NCBI RefSeq assembly: GCF_006345805.1
Contig: NC_043004.1
Span: forward strand, 47,802,001 to 47,866,000
Reading direction: 5' to 3'
From: Octopus sinensis
Lineage: Eukaryota
DNA length: 64,000 bases
The translations under genes and the position numbers were made by a program. Numbering within the stretch: position 1 is the first letter of the stretch; each line of letters begins with the position of its first letter. Shown here piece by piece: positions 13,304 to 24,981 of this stretch. The notes beneath the pieces are model-generated. The model was not told the origin of the DNA. It did no database searches and saw only the letters and a program-made list of their open reading frames with translations.

Positions 13304-13531
13304 GTGTGACCGAATCAGAAAGTAAAGGTTCTACCCGGATGGCTGGGTGTCCGTCCTTCGACATGATCATTAATATTTTTAAACATTGCCTTCGTAAAAT
13401 TCATTGTTTATAATCTTATCCGTAATTTCATTCGAAAATTGTAACTGTGTTAAGCTACTTCACCCTTTATATTTGTCTGCCCTTGTTTGTCCCCTCTTTG
13501 TAAATGCCTAAATGGCAAATTATATGAAATA

Positions 13532-13937
13532 AAGTAGCTTGCTTACTAACCACATGGTTCCGGGTTCAGTCCCACTGCGTGGCACCTTGGGCAGGTGTCT
13601 TCTACTATAGCCTCGGGCCGACCAAAGCCTTGTGAGTGGATTTGGTAGACGGAAACTGAAAGAAGCCCGTCGTATATATGTATATATATATATATATACA
13701 TATATATGTGTGTGTGTGTGTGTTTGTGTCTGTGTTTGTCCCCCCACCCCATCATCGCTTGACAACCGATGCTGGTGTGTTTACGTCCCCGTAACTTAGC
13801 GGTTCGGCAAAAGAGACCGATGGAATACGTACTAGGCTTACAAAGAATAAGTCCTGGGGTCGATTTGCTCGACTAAAGGCGGTGTTTCAGCATGGCCACA
13901 ATCAAATGACTGAAACAAGTAAAAGAGTAAAAGAATA
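13532..13937 (+). mobile_element. Remainder of the interrupted tRNA-derived SINE (box B, body, internal microsatellite, tail)
   Basis: Box B-like GGTTCAGTCC. Collinear with the reverse complement of 51626-52040. Confidence 0.9.
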
Positions 13938-14605
13938 TGTCCAACTCGTCAGAGTCTGTGGCACTGAATGCCTGGGACCGAGCATACAAGAAAAAAAGTA
14001 AGATACGACTCCATGAAATATCTTTGCTGTATTTCGTTTCGTTACCTAAAAATAAAATTTATATTCTAGTTTAATTCAACTTTGGCTTTCGTCATTTCGG
14101 GATTCTGATTAACTGATATGGCAAATAAAAATGATTCATCCTTGGAAAAACCCGTTCGATCATGTCAACTAGAAAATCAATAGTTTCGCTTTTAGCACAA
14201 TTGATTATTGGAAAAATTCTGATTCTTTTAATTTTGCTGTAAAACATTAGTTGCAATGAGAACTGTTTATTGCCTATCTGGCTTTCCGTTATCGCTAAAT
14301 CTAGTTATGATACTGGTTGGGTAAAACCAAAATAGGTAGATACCAGTGCAAGCGTGATATGTCCATCGGTTTACTAGATAATGAGGCTTATTAAAGTGGG
14401 CATTTCACTGCGTGTATATATATATGTATGTGTGTGTGCGTGTACGTGTTAATGTATTTGTGTGTGTACATGCATGTATGTATGTGTGTGTATGTGTATG
14501 TCTATATATATGTATATATGCCTGTATATATGTATATATATATATGGCAATTAATGCCTGATATATAGGACCGAGCATACATATGTGTGTGTACGCACAC
14601 CCATA

Positions 14606-14612
14606 GACAGAC

Positions 14613-14660
<48 letters not shown>

Positions 14661-14661
14661 G

Positions 14662-14743
<82 letters not shown>
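14606..14743. repeat. (AGAT)n microsatellite
   Basis: Direct reading. Confidence 0.95.
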
Positions 14744-14987
14744 CAGAACTCTTCGGCAAATTTGGTCACGAACCAACTAGCTCCCAACTCTATGGCAAGG
14801 ACTTCGTCTTGAAAGCAAAACTTTCTTAATTTGATGCCTAAATTTGTCGTATTCTTTTTCAGTTTTGTAAATACAAGTTCACCCGTTGTTTTCATATAAT
14901 ATAGTGAGTTCGGTCTGAATCCCATGGTTTAACGAATATCTCTCACTTTCTGAAACACCATCCACATTTCTCTCAGTATTGATGGAT

Positions 14988-15348
14988 TATTAACCCTGCG
15001 CGCGTAAGCGAAGCAGGATTATTCTAGTTGCTCGTCTTTGTTTATATGTATGTTTGCAAAATTACTAGAATACAGCTGAATGAGTTTTCACCAAATTTGG
15101 CAGAAATACTCGTTGGATTGGTGGCTCGAACTCTTTAAATTTTGGTGTGATTATCTTCAACACTGGCGAAGGATGAATGAAAATGATTTTTTTTTTCTTT
15201 GTTACATATGCGTAAACGATAGGCAGGGGAAACGCCTCTTGATGTCATCTTGTTGAAATATGAATTCGTCAGAGAATAAATTTATTAGATTAAATTTTAT
15301 TTTATCCTTGTGTGCTCGTAGGGAAGGCATCGCACCTCCGGTACTTTT
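14988..15348 (+). mobile_element. DINE-1/HINE-like (Helentron-associated) non-autonomous element
   Basis: Subterminal inverted repeats ccctgcgcgcg (14994) / tgctcgtaggg (15313-15323), a short 3' hairpin ggaagg..cctcc and T-rich flanks. Confidence 0.5.
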
Positions 15349-15389
15349 ATATATATATATATATATAAGTGAATGCTTCTTCTGTCATT

Positions 15390-15900
15390 GCTGTCTACAC
15401 CGGTTCTAGGCTCTCAAGTGATTCATCGCAAAGAAAGTTAGAATAGGTTTTCTTCGGGTGTTGCTCAAGAGTTTCTTTATCAGTTTCCAGAGTCTCATAC
15501 TTTGACTGTGCGAATAGTTTCCTAGCAACTTAGAAGTGATATCAGAAGAATTTATTTTCGACTTTCTTCTTACTATTCCTTTTCACCGATCCTACGATTC
15601 TGAGAGAACTGTGTCTGAAATCTTTCTAAATCTTATGCAGCTCTTAAATCTCAAAATGTGATGCTGCCTTCACTTGTATTGTGAGATTTCTTTTCTCCCT
15701 CAGGATGTTATCTGTTAGTCGTTGACGCATGGAATTAAGAAGGTAATTTTACTCCATAGGTTTCACTACAGTTTGTATAAAGAATATCACCAAATTTGGC
15801 TTCAGCATGTTCTTTCCTCTCAGTTCATTCAATTTGAGAACTAACACTTTGTCTAGTCCATCCTAAATTTTGCTCGATTGTGGGTGGGATGGCACTTCTG
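15390..15900 (-). pseudogene. Decayed HERO-like non-LTR retrotransposon fragment (region N-terminal to RT)
   Basis: Minus-strand peptides KFGDILYTNCSETYGV and VARKLFAQSKYETLETDKETLEQHPKKTYSN resemble the HERO pre-RT region as I recall it. Confidence 0.5.
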
Positions 15901-16201
15901 TGTTGCGAATTGAGCTTCTTGCGTTTGGCATCAGGGTCTATACAAATTTTACATCTAAATCAACAGAAAACAAAATTATACGAACATGAACACATCTCTT
16001 CTATGCAATCGATCACCGGAGAAAGAAGTGGGTGGTTCATGAAGCAACTTTTGGCTGATTTAGTAGTACACCCAAAAAATGTCATTCCTAATCTCCTTCC
16101 CTAATCGATGGTATATAAGTGTGAGTGCATGTATGTATTTTTGTAAATGTGTGTATGTAGACTAAGATCAGAATGTATGAATATACATATATATATATAT
16201 A

Positions 16202-16560
16202 CACTTGCGTCAGAAATTAATTAGCACTTCTCAAATTTCTACATTAAACAGGTTAAATCAATTAACCTATGAGCTGTTCAAAACGTCTTACGCAATGAGA
16301 AAACTTAGTATGGTGTGATTTCGGTCCTTGCGAGGCGCTACTTATATCTATTAAACAAAGGAAGATTTGTCTGCATCTGCACTCCAAGTTGTTGTTGCAC
16401 TGCTATGTCAACATCATAAGGCTGTAAACTCTCAAACTGCTCTGCAAACAAAGTTACGTCATCGTTCTGCGCAACAGTGAACTCGCAACAAAACAATAGT
16501 TCGAGATATGGCCACTAGGTGACAGCACATACCTTGAGTGCTAATTAATTTCTGACGGTA

Positions 16561-16563
<3 letters not shown>
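16202..16563. mobile_element. Tc1/mariner-type MITE, 362 bp, 27-bp TIRs, TA TSD
   Basis: cacttgcgtcagaaattaattagcact (16202-16228) vs agtgctaattaatttctgacggtagtg (16537-16563), 25/27 match, flanked by TA. Confidence 0.85.
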
Positions 16564-16600
<37 letters not shown>

Positions 16601-16602
<2 letters not shown>

Positions 16603-16903
16603 GTCGCCCTTTTAAAGCCTAGCCAAGCTCATGGGCCCGGTTTCCCTGTTTCTGTGGCGTGTGTTCCCCCCCAGCTGGACGGGACGCCAGTCCATCGCGG
16701 CGTTACTCAAGAAACGGGAAGAGAGAGTGTAAGAAAGTTGTGACGAAAGAGTACAACAGGGGTCGCCACCACTCCCTGCCGGAGCCTCGTGGAGCTTTTA
16801 GGTGTTTTCGCTCAATAAACACACACAACGCAAGGTCTGGGAATCGAAACCGCGACCCTCCGACCGCGAGTCCGCTGCCCTAACCACTGGGCCATTGCGC
16901 CTC

Positions 16904-16904
<1 letters not shown>
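16601..16904 (-). mobile_element. Full-length tRNA-derived SINE (Arg-like head)
   Basis: Box A TGGCCCAGTGG and box B GGTTTCGATTCC. The body is shared with 33615-33885, 37402-37690 and 44047-44341. Confidence 0.85.
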
Positions 16905-16979
<75 letters not shown>

Positions 16980-17499
16980 CTCAAAGACAAACGCATAAAT
17001 GTGTGTGTGTGTGTGTGTATACAGAGACACACGTATATGTATGTAGACATTTATATATATATGTAAAATATAAGAACGTTTTATTTTTATACCACCAAAG
17101 ACTCAATTAATAAAATGAAAGAATGCTTCCAGTGACCTAAAATATACTCCAGCCATAATATGTTATTCACTGTATAACCTACATATCAGCATTGCTAACA
17201 TATCCGGGAAAGTGCTGATGCAGTTTCACTACGTTATTTTAATTTGAATTATTTGTCGACTAACTTATAGTAGCATACAGCAGAAAAATGGAGCAAGCGA
17301 TCGGATTGACCAAGCGTAGATGCTGCAACTACTTGTAGATTAATGAAAAGTAAACAAAGAAAGAAAAAAAAATCAATGAATACAAGCCGTGACTGCAGTA
17401 ACTCATTACGACCAAACGTCAGCAGAAGTTGGGTAGAAACATCGATTACGCAACGAATGTATGGTGAGAAAGCGGAAGATGGAGAGGAACGGAAAAGAA

Positions 17500-17955
17500 C
17501 GTGATGGTGAGGAGAAGGAGAGGAGGAGGAGGAGGAGGAGGAGGCGGAGGAGGAGGATGGGAGAGGGAAGATAATGGAATAATCGTGATAAGAAAAATAA
17601 TTAAAAAAAATTAACATGAATTAGGAGCAGGAAGCTGAGAAGAAGAAGAAGAAGAAGAAGAAGAAGACGGAGGAGGATGAGGAGGAGAAGAAGAAGAAGA
17701 CGGAGGAGGAGGAGGAGAAGAAGACGGAGGAGGAGGCGGAGGAGAAGAAGAAGAAGAAGAAGAAGAAGAAAAAGATGGAGGAGAAGAAGAAGAAGAAGAA
17801 GAAGAAGAAGAAGACGAGGAGGAAGAAGACGGAGGAGAAGGAGGAGAAGAAGAAGACAAAGGAGAAGGAGGAGAAGAAGAAGACAAAGGAGAAGGAGGAG
17901 GAGGAGGAAGAGGAGAAGAAGAAGAAGAAGAAGAAGAAGAAGAAGAAGAAGAAGA
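17500..17955. repeat. Polypurine (GAA)n/(GGA)n compound microsatellite
   Basis: Direct reading. Confidence 0.95.
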
Positions 17956-17956
17956 A

Positions 17957-18152
17957 TAGTTCCAAATTTTGTCACAGGGGCAGCCATTTTGTTGGAGATG
18001 AGACGATTACATCGACTCCAGTGTTTCACTGGTACACTTGATTTATGAAACCCGAAACGATGAAGTGATCTCGGTGGAATTTGAACTCAGTACGTGAAGA
18101 CAAACGAAATACTGCTGAGCATTTTGCCCGGCTTGCTAACGATTCTGCCAGT
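17957..18152 (-). mobile_element. SINE with the same head/core as 30538 and 52481, alternative tail
   Basis: Reverse complement: tggcagaatcgttagcaagccgggcaaaatg...gagttcaaattcc...ctggagtcgatgtaatcg...ccctgtgacaaaatttggaac. Confidence 0.7.
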
Positions 18153-18223
18153 GGTTTCTTTATTTACAACAAAGGGTTTCCATTAAGAAAAACATTATTG
18201 ACAGTACAGAACAAAACAAAGAA

Positions 18224-18257
<34 letters not shown>

Positions 18258-18269
18258 CGTGTGTGTTGC

Positions 18270-19470
18270 TGTGAGGGTTTTGCATGTAAACAAGATTAAC
18301 ATTATAAAGGGAAAAAAATCAACAATGTGTAATCTTCGAAAGGAAAGAGACGCTCCAGGTCTGCACATGGAAAAACCCCATAAAAGCCATAGGTGCCCTG
18401 ACTTTTGCACCCTGACTTGTTTTTCTTTTCCTTTTTTTTTCGCATCATTCTCGCCACTTTCACCCACCTTTCAACAAACTGGACAGAAGGCAACACTTCC
18501 CTCTATATTCTTATTTTTCTTTTCACTAATAGAAGTTGATCAGGGATTGACCAAAGAGAGAAGTGTTTGTCTTCAGCCCCTTTAGTTTCGAACTACCACA
18601 GAACCTCTCTCGTCATGGCCTCCAGGCATATAAAGACAGCCTGCCCTTCCCGATTAAACGAAGGCGGCGGGACGATCTTCACGATGGATTCAGTTTACAG
18701 CCTGGTCCGTCCTATACGTGACAGCAGTGATGTGGACATAAACTCACAGGTCAGAAATGTTCGCGCCCTGGAGTAGTGCATGTAGGACCATCTCGTCGTC
18801 CTTCGCGCATCTCATATATTCATGGCTGACGACACTTCTGCGCCTGTATAATTTATCTCGAACAGTCAAAGCTCCTCCGTAGCACTGCCAGGTCAGAGAT
18901 TTTTAGAAGTTATCCGTTGGTCTCGGGCCGAAAGTTATCTGTAAAAAGCAGCTAGTTGATATTCTTGGACGTCCAAAGTAACACCCCGAACGTTGTCGCA
19001 CTTTTTCTCTGCTAATTCTCTATAGGAAGCTAAAGTGGATGTTCCAGCTACCACAGTGTCCGACTGGCTTCGGGTTGTGAGCGCTTGAAGGCATTCCACT
19101 TTCCAAATGTCTTCTTTATTTGACCCAGGGTTGCAGCTCCGTTAAAGAGAACAGCTGGGTAAATATACGTCTGGCCGACGGCGACCATACTTGTTCACAC
19201 TCAAAGAACTAGAGATGGCATAGCCTTATTGCTTGTCTGCGCATTATCAATCACGGCATTTCCAGGCCACTACGCAGCGGGTGTTGACAGCAGATAAACC
19301 GCCTAACCATCGGTACGCGTTCCGTCCACAAGAAGCGGAAGAGTATACGCTCCATTGTAATTAGACAGTGGCCGGTACAAGGCACCATGGGGAAGCGGTA
19401 GTAAATGACGGACGCGATGTACGCGTTAGCCACTTCTGCCTGACCTTTCAGATGCAGCTTCAATAGACGT
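18270..19470 (-). pseudogene. Decayed 3' fragment of a Tx1-like LINE, close to the 58.5-64 kb family
   Basis: KLHLKGQAEVANAYIASVIYYR (19251-19463) and KGLKTNTSLFGQSLINF (~18530-18585) match KLSLKGRAEVANTYIASVIYYR and KGLETNTFLSGQSLINF of the 58-64 kb element. Confidence 0.85.
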
Positions 19471-20039
19471 TAGCATATAATTAGATAAGGTATCCCCAGT
19501 TACCCATCTAGCGTATGTCGGCGGGAAATATACCGTCTGGCAAGCCGAAGTTCACCTCCATACAGTGCAGAAGAGCAAATGCTCCCTTTCTGATCAGCTA
19601 TGAAGTCGAGCAACACATGATGCAAGGCAACAGGAATTAACAGATGACATGAAAGCGTTTATTATTTTTGTCCTGCCCTCATTGATATCTTGCTGTCGGC
19701 CAACTTCTGGCTAAACCTGGCCACAATATTCGTCAACTAGACCAGGTCTTGACCTCCTGGAAGTCCAGATCAAACTAAATCCCGAACAATTTTAGAAAGC
19801 TGAAAAATATTAAGGCCTGCCATTTGAAGGGGGACATATTCATTGAGCCTCAAGAGTGAGTGCTATATCCATTGTGTTTGTTTTACACGGAATCATCTTA
19901 AAGAATGTTCAAATCTTGCATTAGAAGTTGAAAATACCAGACTTTATCAAAGTACACAACCTGCGTTTAGCAATCGTCAACCTCATTCTTTATTAGTGTT
20001 TTAACATAGGTTTTTCAACTCCATCAGTGGGTACATAGT

Positions 20040-20720
20040 AAAGAAGTAAAAGTATCTGTGGATAGAAATGTTCAAAATATTCTTAAAGTAGTAGGAGAAT
20101 TCAAACGCAGAAGGCAGAACAAATGGAAAAGTACTTGGAAAGAGCAGAAATTACAAGTGGTATTCATGCAACAAACAAAAGTTGACGGAATTAAAGAACG
20201 TTGGTTGTGGCTGACGGACAGAAACCTGTTACGAGAAACAGAAACTAATTATATTCGCTCAGCAACGAGTCCTCAAGGCAGATCTGATAGAGGCAAAGAC
20301 TGATAAGTGTAAATCAGAAAGCAAATGTTGAATGTGTGGTAAAATAGACGAAGGAATTAACCCTATCTTGTGGTAATGCAGTAAGCTAGCAAAGAAAGAG
20401 TATAAGCGCAGGCATGATTGTATAAGTAAAAGAGCGCCCAGGGATATTAGCCGAGTGTGTGGATTCAAAATAATAAGCTGAGATAAAGAATAAGAATTAC
20501 TTGTTAATAAAGCTATATGAGAACAGACTGGATGTCAAAAATAATGAAAACGAATTAAGAAATACCAGGACAGAACTCGAGAGATAAAGATATTGTGGAA
20601 GACTAAGGCGATAACTGTTCCTGTGGTAATTGGTGCACTCGACACGACACACCGACACTGGTACCCAAGTAAGCATTTAGTCCGACATGTTAAATAGTCG
20701 GCCAGCTCACCGTCCCCTAT
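20040..20720 (+). pseudogene. Decayed Dong/R4-like LINE 3' fragment (CCHC, RHD, RLE)
   Basis: SKC*MCGKIDEGINPILW*CSKLAKKEYKRRHD and EIKILWKTKAITVPVVIGAL. Confidence 0.75.
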
Positions 20721-20722
20721 AA

Positions 20723-20837
20723 GGATGATAATGATGATGGTGGTGGTGGTGGTGGTGCTCGTCGTGGTTGTGTGGTGGTGGTCGTCGTCGTCGTTGTCGT
20801 TGTCGTCGTCGTGATAGTGATGATGATGTTGATGGTA

Positions 20838-20889
<52 letters not shown>

Positions 20890-20943
20890 GGGTGGTGGTA
20901 GTGGTTGTCGTCGTCGTCGTGATAGTGATGATGATGTTGATGG

Positions 20944-20974
<31 letters not shown>

Positions 20975-21000
20975 AATGATGATGATGGTGGTGGTGGGGG

Positions 21001-21042
<42 letters not shown>

Positions 21043-21056
21043 CGGTGATGATGATA
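20723..21056. repeat. Compound (GAT)n/(GGT)n/(CGT)n microsatellite with an internal block duplication
   Basis: Direct reading. gtcgtcgtcgtgatagtgatgatgatgttgatgg occurs twice. Confidence 0.9.
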
Positions 21057-21769
21057 CAAGAACGGAGAAGGAGAAGGAAAAATAGAAGAGATCCACAAAA
21101 ATGTTTGAATAATAATAATAATACCACTCTCGAGTTTTTTCTTTTAAAATGTCAAAATTGAAATGTACGTCGCCATCATGATTCCTTTTCCCACCAATAA
21201 CCGAGATAAGACATCTCATTATGCTTGTTGATAAATATTTCTCTGTGTATTTAATGTTGCCTATCTTTCAACAAACCAAGTATATTAGTCTACTTTGATT
21301 ATGCATTGCATTTGTGCTCGAACTAATGGATAGATAACTATTGTCATTATTTCTGCTATTCCAAATAATGTTCAATGACAAAAGAAGTGCATACGCTCCT
21401 GTCGTCAAGTGTATTGTTGCTTAAAGGTAGTTGTCTCCTACCTAGAAACCCAACAGTTGGCTTACTGAAATATGATGCATATATTTCATATTGGAACTGA
21501 AAGAAAACATTAATATTAAGGCTCTAAAGTCATCTCGAATCAAACCTCAGAAAGAGATATGGTGTTAATCTCATAAGACCTGAATCTCAACAGTTTCTCA
21601 TTTCCCAGTAGATTTAGTCAGAAACATGATAACAAATGATGATAATCTCTTCACAAAAGCGAGAAGTACAGTAATGCCTCAATATACATGTTGATTTGCT
21701 CCCGGAGATAGCTCGTAAAGCGAAAGTTCGTAACGCAGAACAATAATTTCCAATTGTAATAATGAAATG

Positions 21770-21932
21770 TTATGCCTTCATTCTACTCGGTCGCTGTGTA
21801 GACGCGTCAGAACCAGTGTTTCCACATGTTGCTACGTTGCCACACACACACACAAAATGGCTGTTTAACCTTTTTATATTTATTATAAAATAAATCTCAT
21901 AAACCCGGTGTTTCGTAAAGCAGGTCCTCGTA
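21770..21932 (-). mobile_element. Possible 5' end of a mariner-like DNA transposon
   Basis: The minus strand begins TACGAGG, a typical mariner terminus. No second TIR was found. Confidence 0.3.
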
Positions 21933-24900
21933 AAGTGGAGTATTACTGTACATCTAATTTCCTTCACCTCTGTCACACAACTGCCCAATATATGAATATC
22001 TCTGATCAGATCTCGAGATGTAAAAGTGGTTTTCTAACCCTTTACTTTAGCAGAAGGATCCTTCTTACGGTTTGCTAAGAAGAGGAAAGCCAGTAACTGA
22101 GATCTTTTTCAAGGTTTTCAAATCTGGTAGAAGAAACTAAAATGTCGGCATGAAACTAAAACTAAAATGTAGGCATGAATGCGTGTAATCGAAAGAACTT
22201 CCGTGTGACTGCATACGACAAAACACAACACATATCATATGGAATGAATACGTGAAACGAATAGATGTTATATCTACAACCCATGAATAGGAGAGTTCCC
22301 TCCAACAGGCTCCACGCTGTTTCCGTCTATTTTAATCCTACCCTAAGTCTTTGGTAGTCCCTTTGTTATGCGAGAATGCATTTACTCAACTTGCCAGTCA
22401 GTGTAATTGTCAACTTCATAACCATACAGCTATACAATTATGCAACTATGCCTACACTGATATTTTCAATATACACATGACTATCAATGTTTAGTTAGCG
22501 TACGTATGTAACTTAATTGTTTGACGGCACACTATTAGTTAGTGTGTAGTATCCTCAGTTACTATTTCAAACCCGATATAACGTGTTCCCGGCTTAGTCG
22601 GCTCCTGCTAACAGTATCTGGTTTCTTGCCAGGGTTACAGGCACTAAGCAATTCAATTTGAGTTGAGGTTATATTTTCTTCAGATGTAAAATAACTGAGT
22701 ATTGATGTTGCACGATATAACATTTACTACTCCGTTCCACAAACAAAAACAGCCCCCTTGCCAACGCCAAAACACATGACAAATAACTTAAGTCCTCAGC
22801 TGTGGATAAATAAACTCTAGCGGGTAAACCTAATAATGAATCCTAAGTGGGACCCCTAAGTCAATCTGTCGTTTGACTGACTGTATTTCGGCATGTTTTG
22901 TTGTTAAACGGGGGCCAAACATATTGCTCTGCATAACTTTAGGCTACATCAATTCTGGCAACTGAGCCACCCAAAAATATTCATACTTAGTGACTGACCA
23001 ATATTGTAATTACTGTTATATCTCAGGATAGACGGAAACCAAAGATAGAACGGCTTCATACTATGAATATTCATCATAGGATGAACAACAGATAAAACAG
23101 TTGTTACAAGATCTGATGTATACCCAGCGTTAGTAGCAACATAATTGTGACCATGTTCAAGAAGCCGAAATCTCGATCTTAATCGTGACTTCTGAACGTT
23201 GAGATCACATTCCAATTATTTACTCTGAGGTCACTTGTTTCCATTAAGATAGGTGGTTTGAAAGCAGATGTGACTTCCACAAGGTTACAACTAAAACGGA
23301 GAGACGAAACTATATATCAAATAAGTACATATAGACCGATATAAGTTGCTAGTTTACAACTATTCGTAATGCTATTTATCCCAATACGGATTTGAATCAG
23401 CGTTTTTCAGCTTCATTATATGATCTGCATATAAAGGTATCATACTCTAAACACGCCGGCGATGCATAATATAGTTAAGCCCGTTAGTTCTCAGAATATC
23501 TTGATAAATGTTTCAGCACATGACTGCAGGATATTGCAATGCCTCTGAAATATCATTCATTCAAGTAAGTTTTTATGAAGGAAATATTGAAATTACCCGT
23601 AAGTAATAAGATCTGCATGAGAATAATAGTACTCGTTCCTTTGGCTATTTTCTCTTTTATTTTATTGTAACAGTTACAAAAATTATGAAATGAAAGTGTA
23701 TATGAAGCATTATATAATGATAAAACTGATTCCGGTGAATATGAAACTAAAATTGAACATTAAGTGAATGACGTAGCAGTGATTATTTGACACACTCTGA
23801 CATATTGATAAATAAATAAGTTGATATTTAGTGTTTCGTATTGTAAAAGTGGTTTTAGAAAACATTCACTATCTTGTAATGCAAAAACATATACAGATGA
23901 CAAGGAAATAAAATCACCTGAAAAAAGAACATTAATTGGAGGCAGATAAACGAGAATTTAATACGAATATGAAATTGGAAATAAATAATTCATTCTGAAC
24001 TTCATTAGGATCAATCCTATCTGTTTCGCCAGCATGCTACCCACACATGATGAAGCGCTGGTAATTATTGAAGAGATTGTGTTAAATGTGATATCCAGCG
24101 TTTCTTGACTATGCCACATATGTTTCATCGTCCGCTTCGTGTTCATAAATCAATTATAATTGCTCATTAGAGAAGGCTACGACGAGAAAACATTAATTAT
24201 TCAATAAAATAAAGATTTCGAAATTCCATCCCTGTTTTCATATAAATTTCGTTACATATTCTCAAAGTTTCAGATTCAGAGTGGAAAGTGAAACATAATT
24301 GCATCAAGCGTGAAAGTAAATGTGATTTAATTAATTAAAATGGCTTCCGCAAAGGATTGTGAAAGCATCATATTCACGGTTAGACAGAAGATAAATTCTT
24401 TTTCAATAAAGCATGCAAATTAAATATAGTAGAGAAAGAAACACAGCGTATGAAAGCAAAATAGCTCCGGAGGCCTTCTTAAAATGTATCTCTTCAAAAC
24501 AAAGTAGCTACTTTATACCAAAGAAATATATATGACATATTGTCCATAACTGTGCAGTCAATTACACTATATTCTAACGCGCCTTTAAAATATATTCAGC
24601 TTTCAAATTCAAGTTGATAAATAAATGTAAATATTTTTTATCATAATCACAATGTCATAATTAGCTCATTTTTCTGATTAGACATAAAACTGGTGGCGTG
24701 ATAAGAACAGTAAAGCAGTAAAACATCGGACTAAAAAAAATGGTCTGCATTTATTTATGTTCTTATATGCTCCAAATTCGAATCCTGCAGACATCGGTTT
24801 TATATATCATGCGAATGTGCAACTGAATCCCTGGCACCAAGCATTTCTTAAACATAGTTATAACCAAGAGTCAATACAAAAGAAACTGTAGTAGACACGT

Positions 24901-24934
24901 CTTTTCATCGGCTAGTAGAGGGAAGGTAGAATAA

Positions 24935-24981
24935 GAGTGTGCTGATGATACCTTTTGAGGTAGAAACACGTCTCCATGACT
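24935..24981 (+). ncRNA. Minimal hammerhead ribozyme motif: intact core, imperfect helix I
   Basis: CTGATGA (24942-48), tacct-tttg-aggta stem II, GAAA-CACG-TC (24963-72). Helix I agtgtg/cat(g)act is offset by 2 nt. Confidence 0.55.

Larger units (their letters stand above)
8089..13531 (+). mobile_element. Tx1-like (L1 clade) non-LTR retrotransposon, apparently full length (~5.4 kb), with ~15-bp TSD
   Basis: 5'UTR, ORF1 (CCHC knuckle), ORF2 (APE, RT, CCHC) and a 3'UTR ending in AATAAA. Imperfect TSD AAGTAGCTT(T)GCT(A/T)AC at 8073-8088 and 13532-13546. Confidence 0.9.

Noticed and set aside
16830-16904. tRNA gene-like sequences (also at 8051, 32663, 37402, ~44270, ~51970, 52481)
   Set aside because: They have A/B boxes but no complete acceptor stem, and they run into SINE bodies, so they are SINE heads rather than tRNA genes.
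18223-18585. Zinc-finger-like peptide HMEKPHKSHRCPDFC
   Set aside because: It is the antisense reading of a Tx1 3'UTR after a (TG)n tract and lacks C2H2 spacing.
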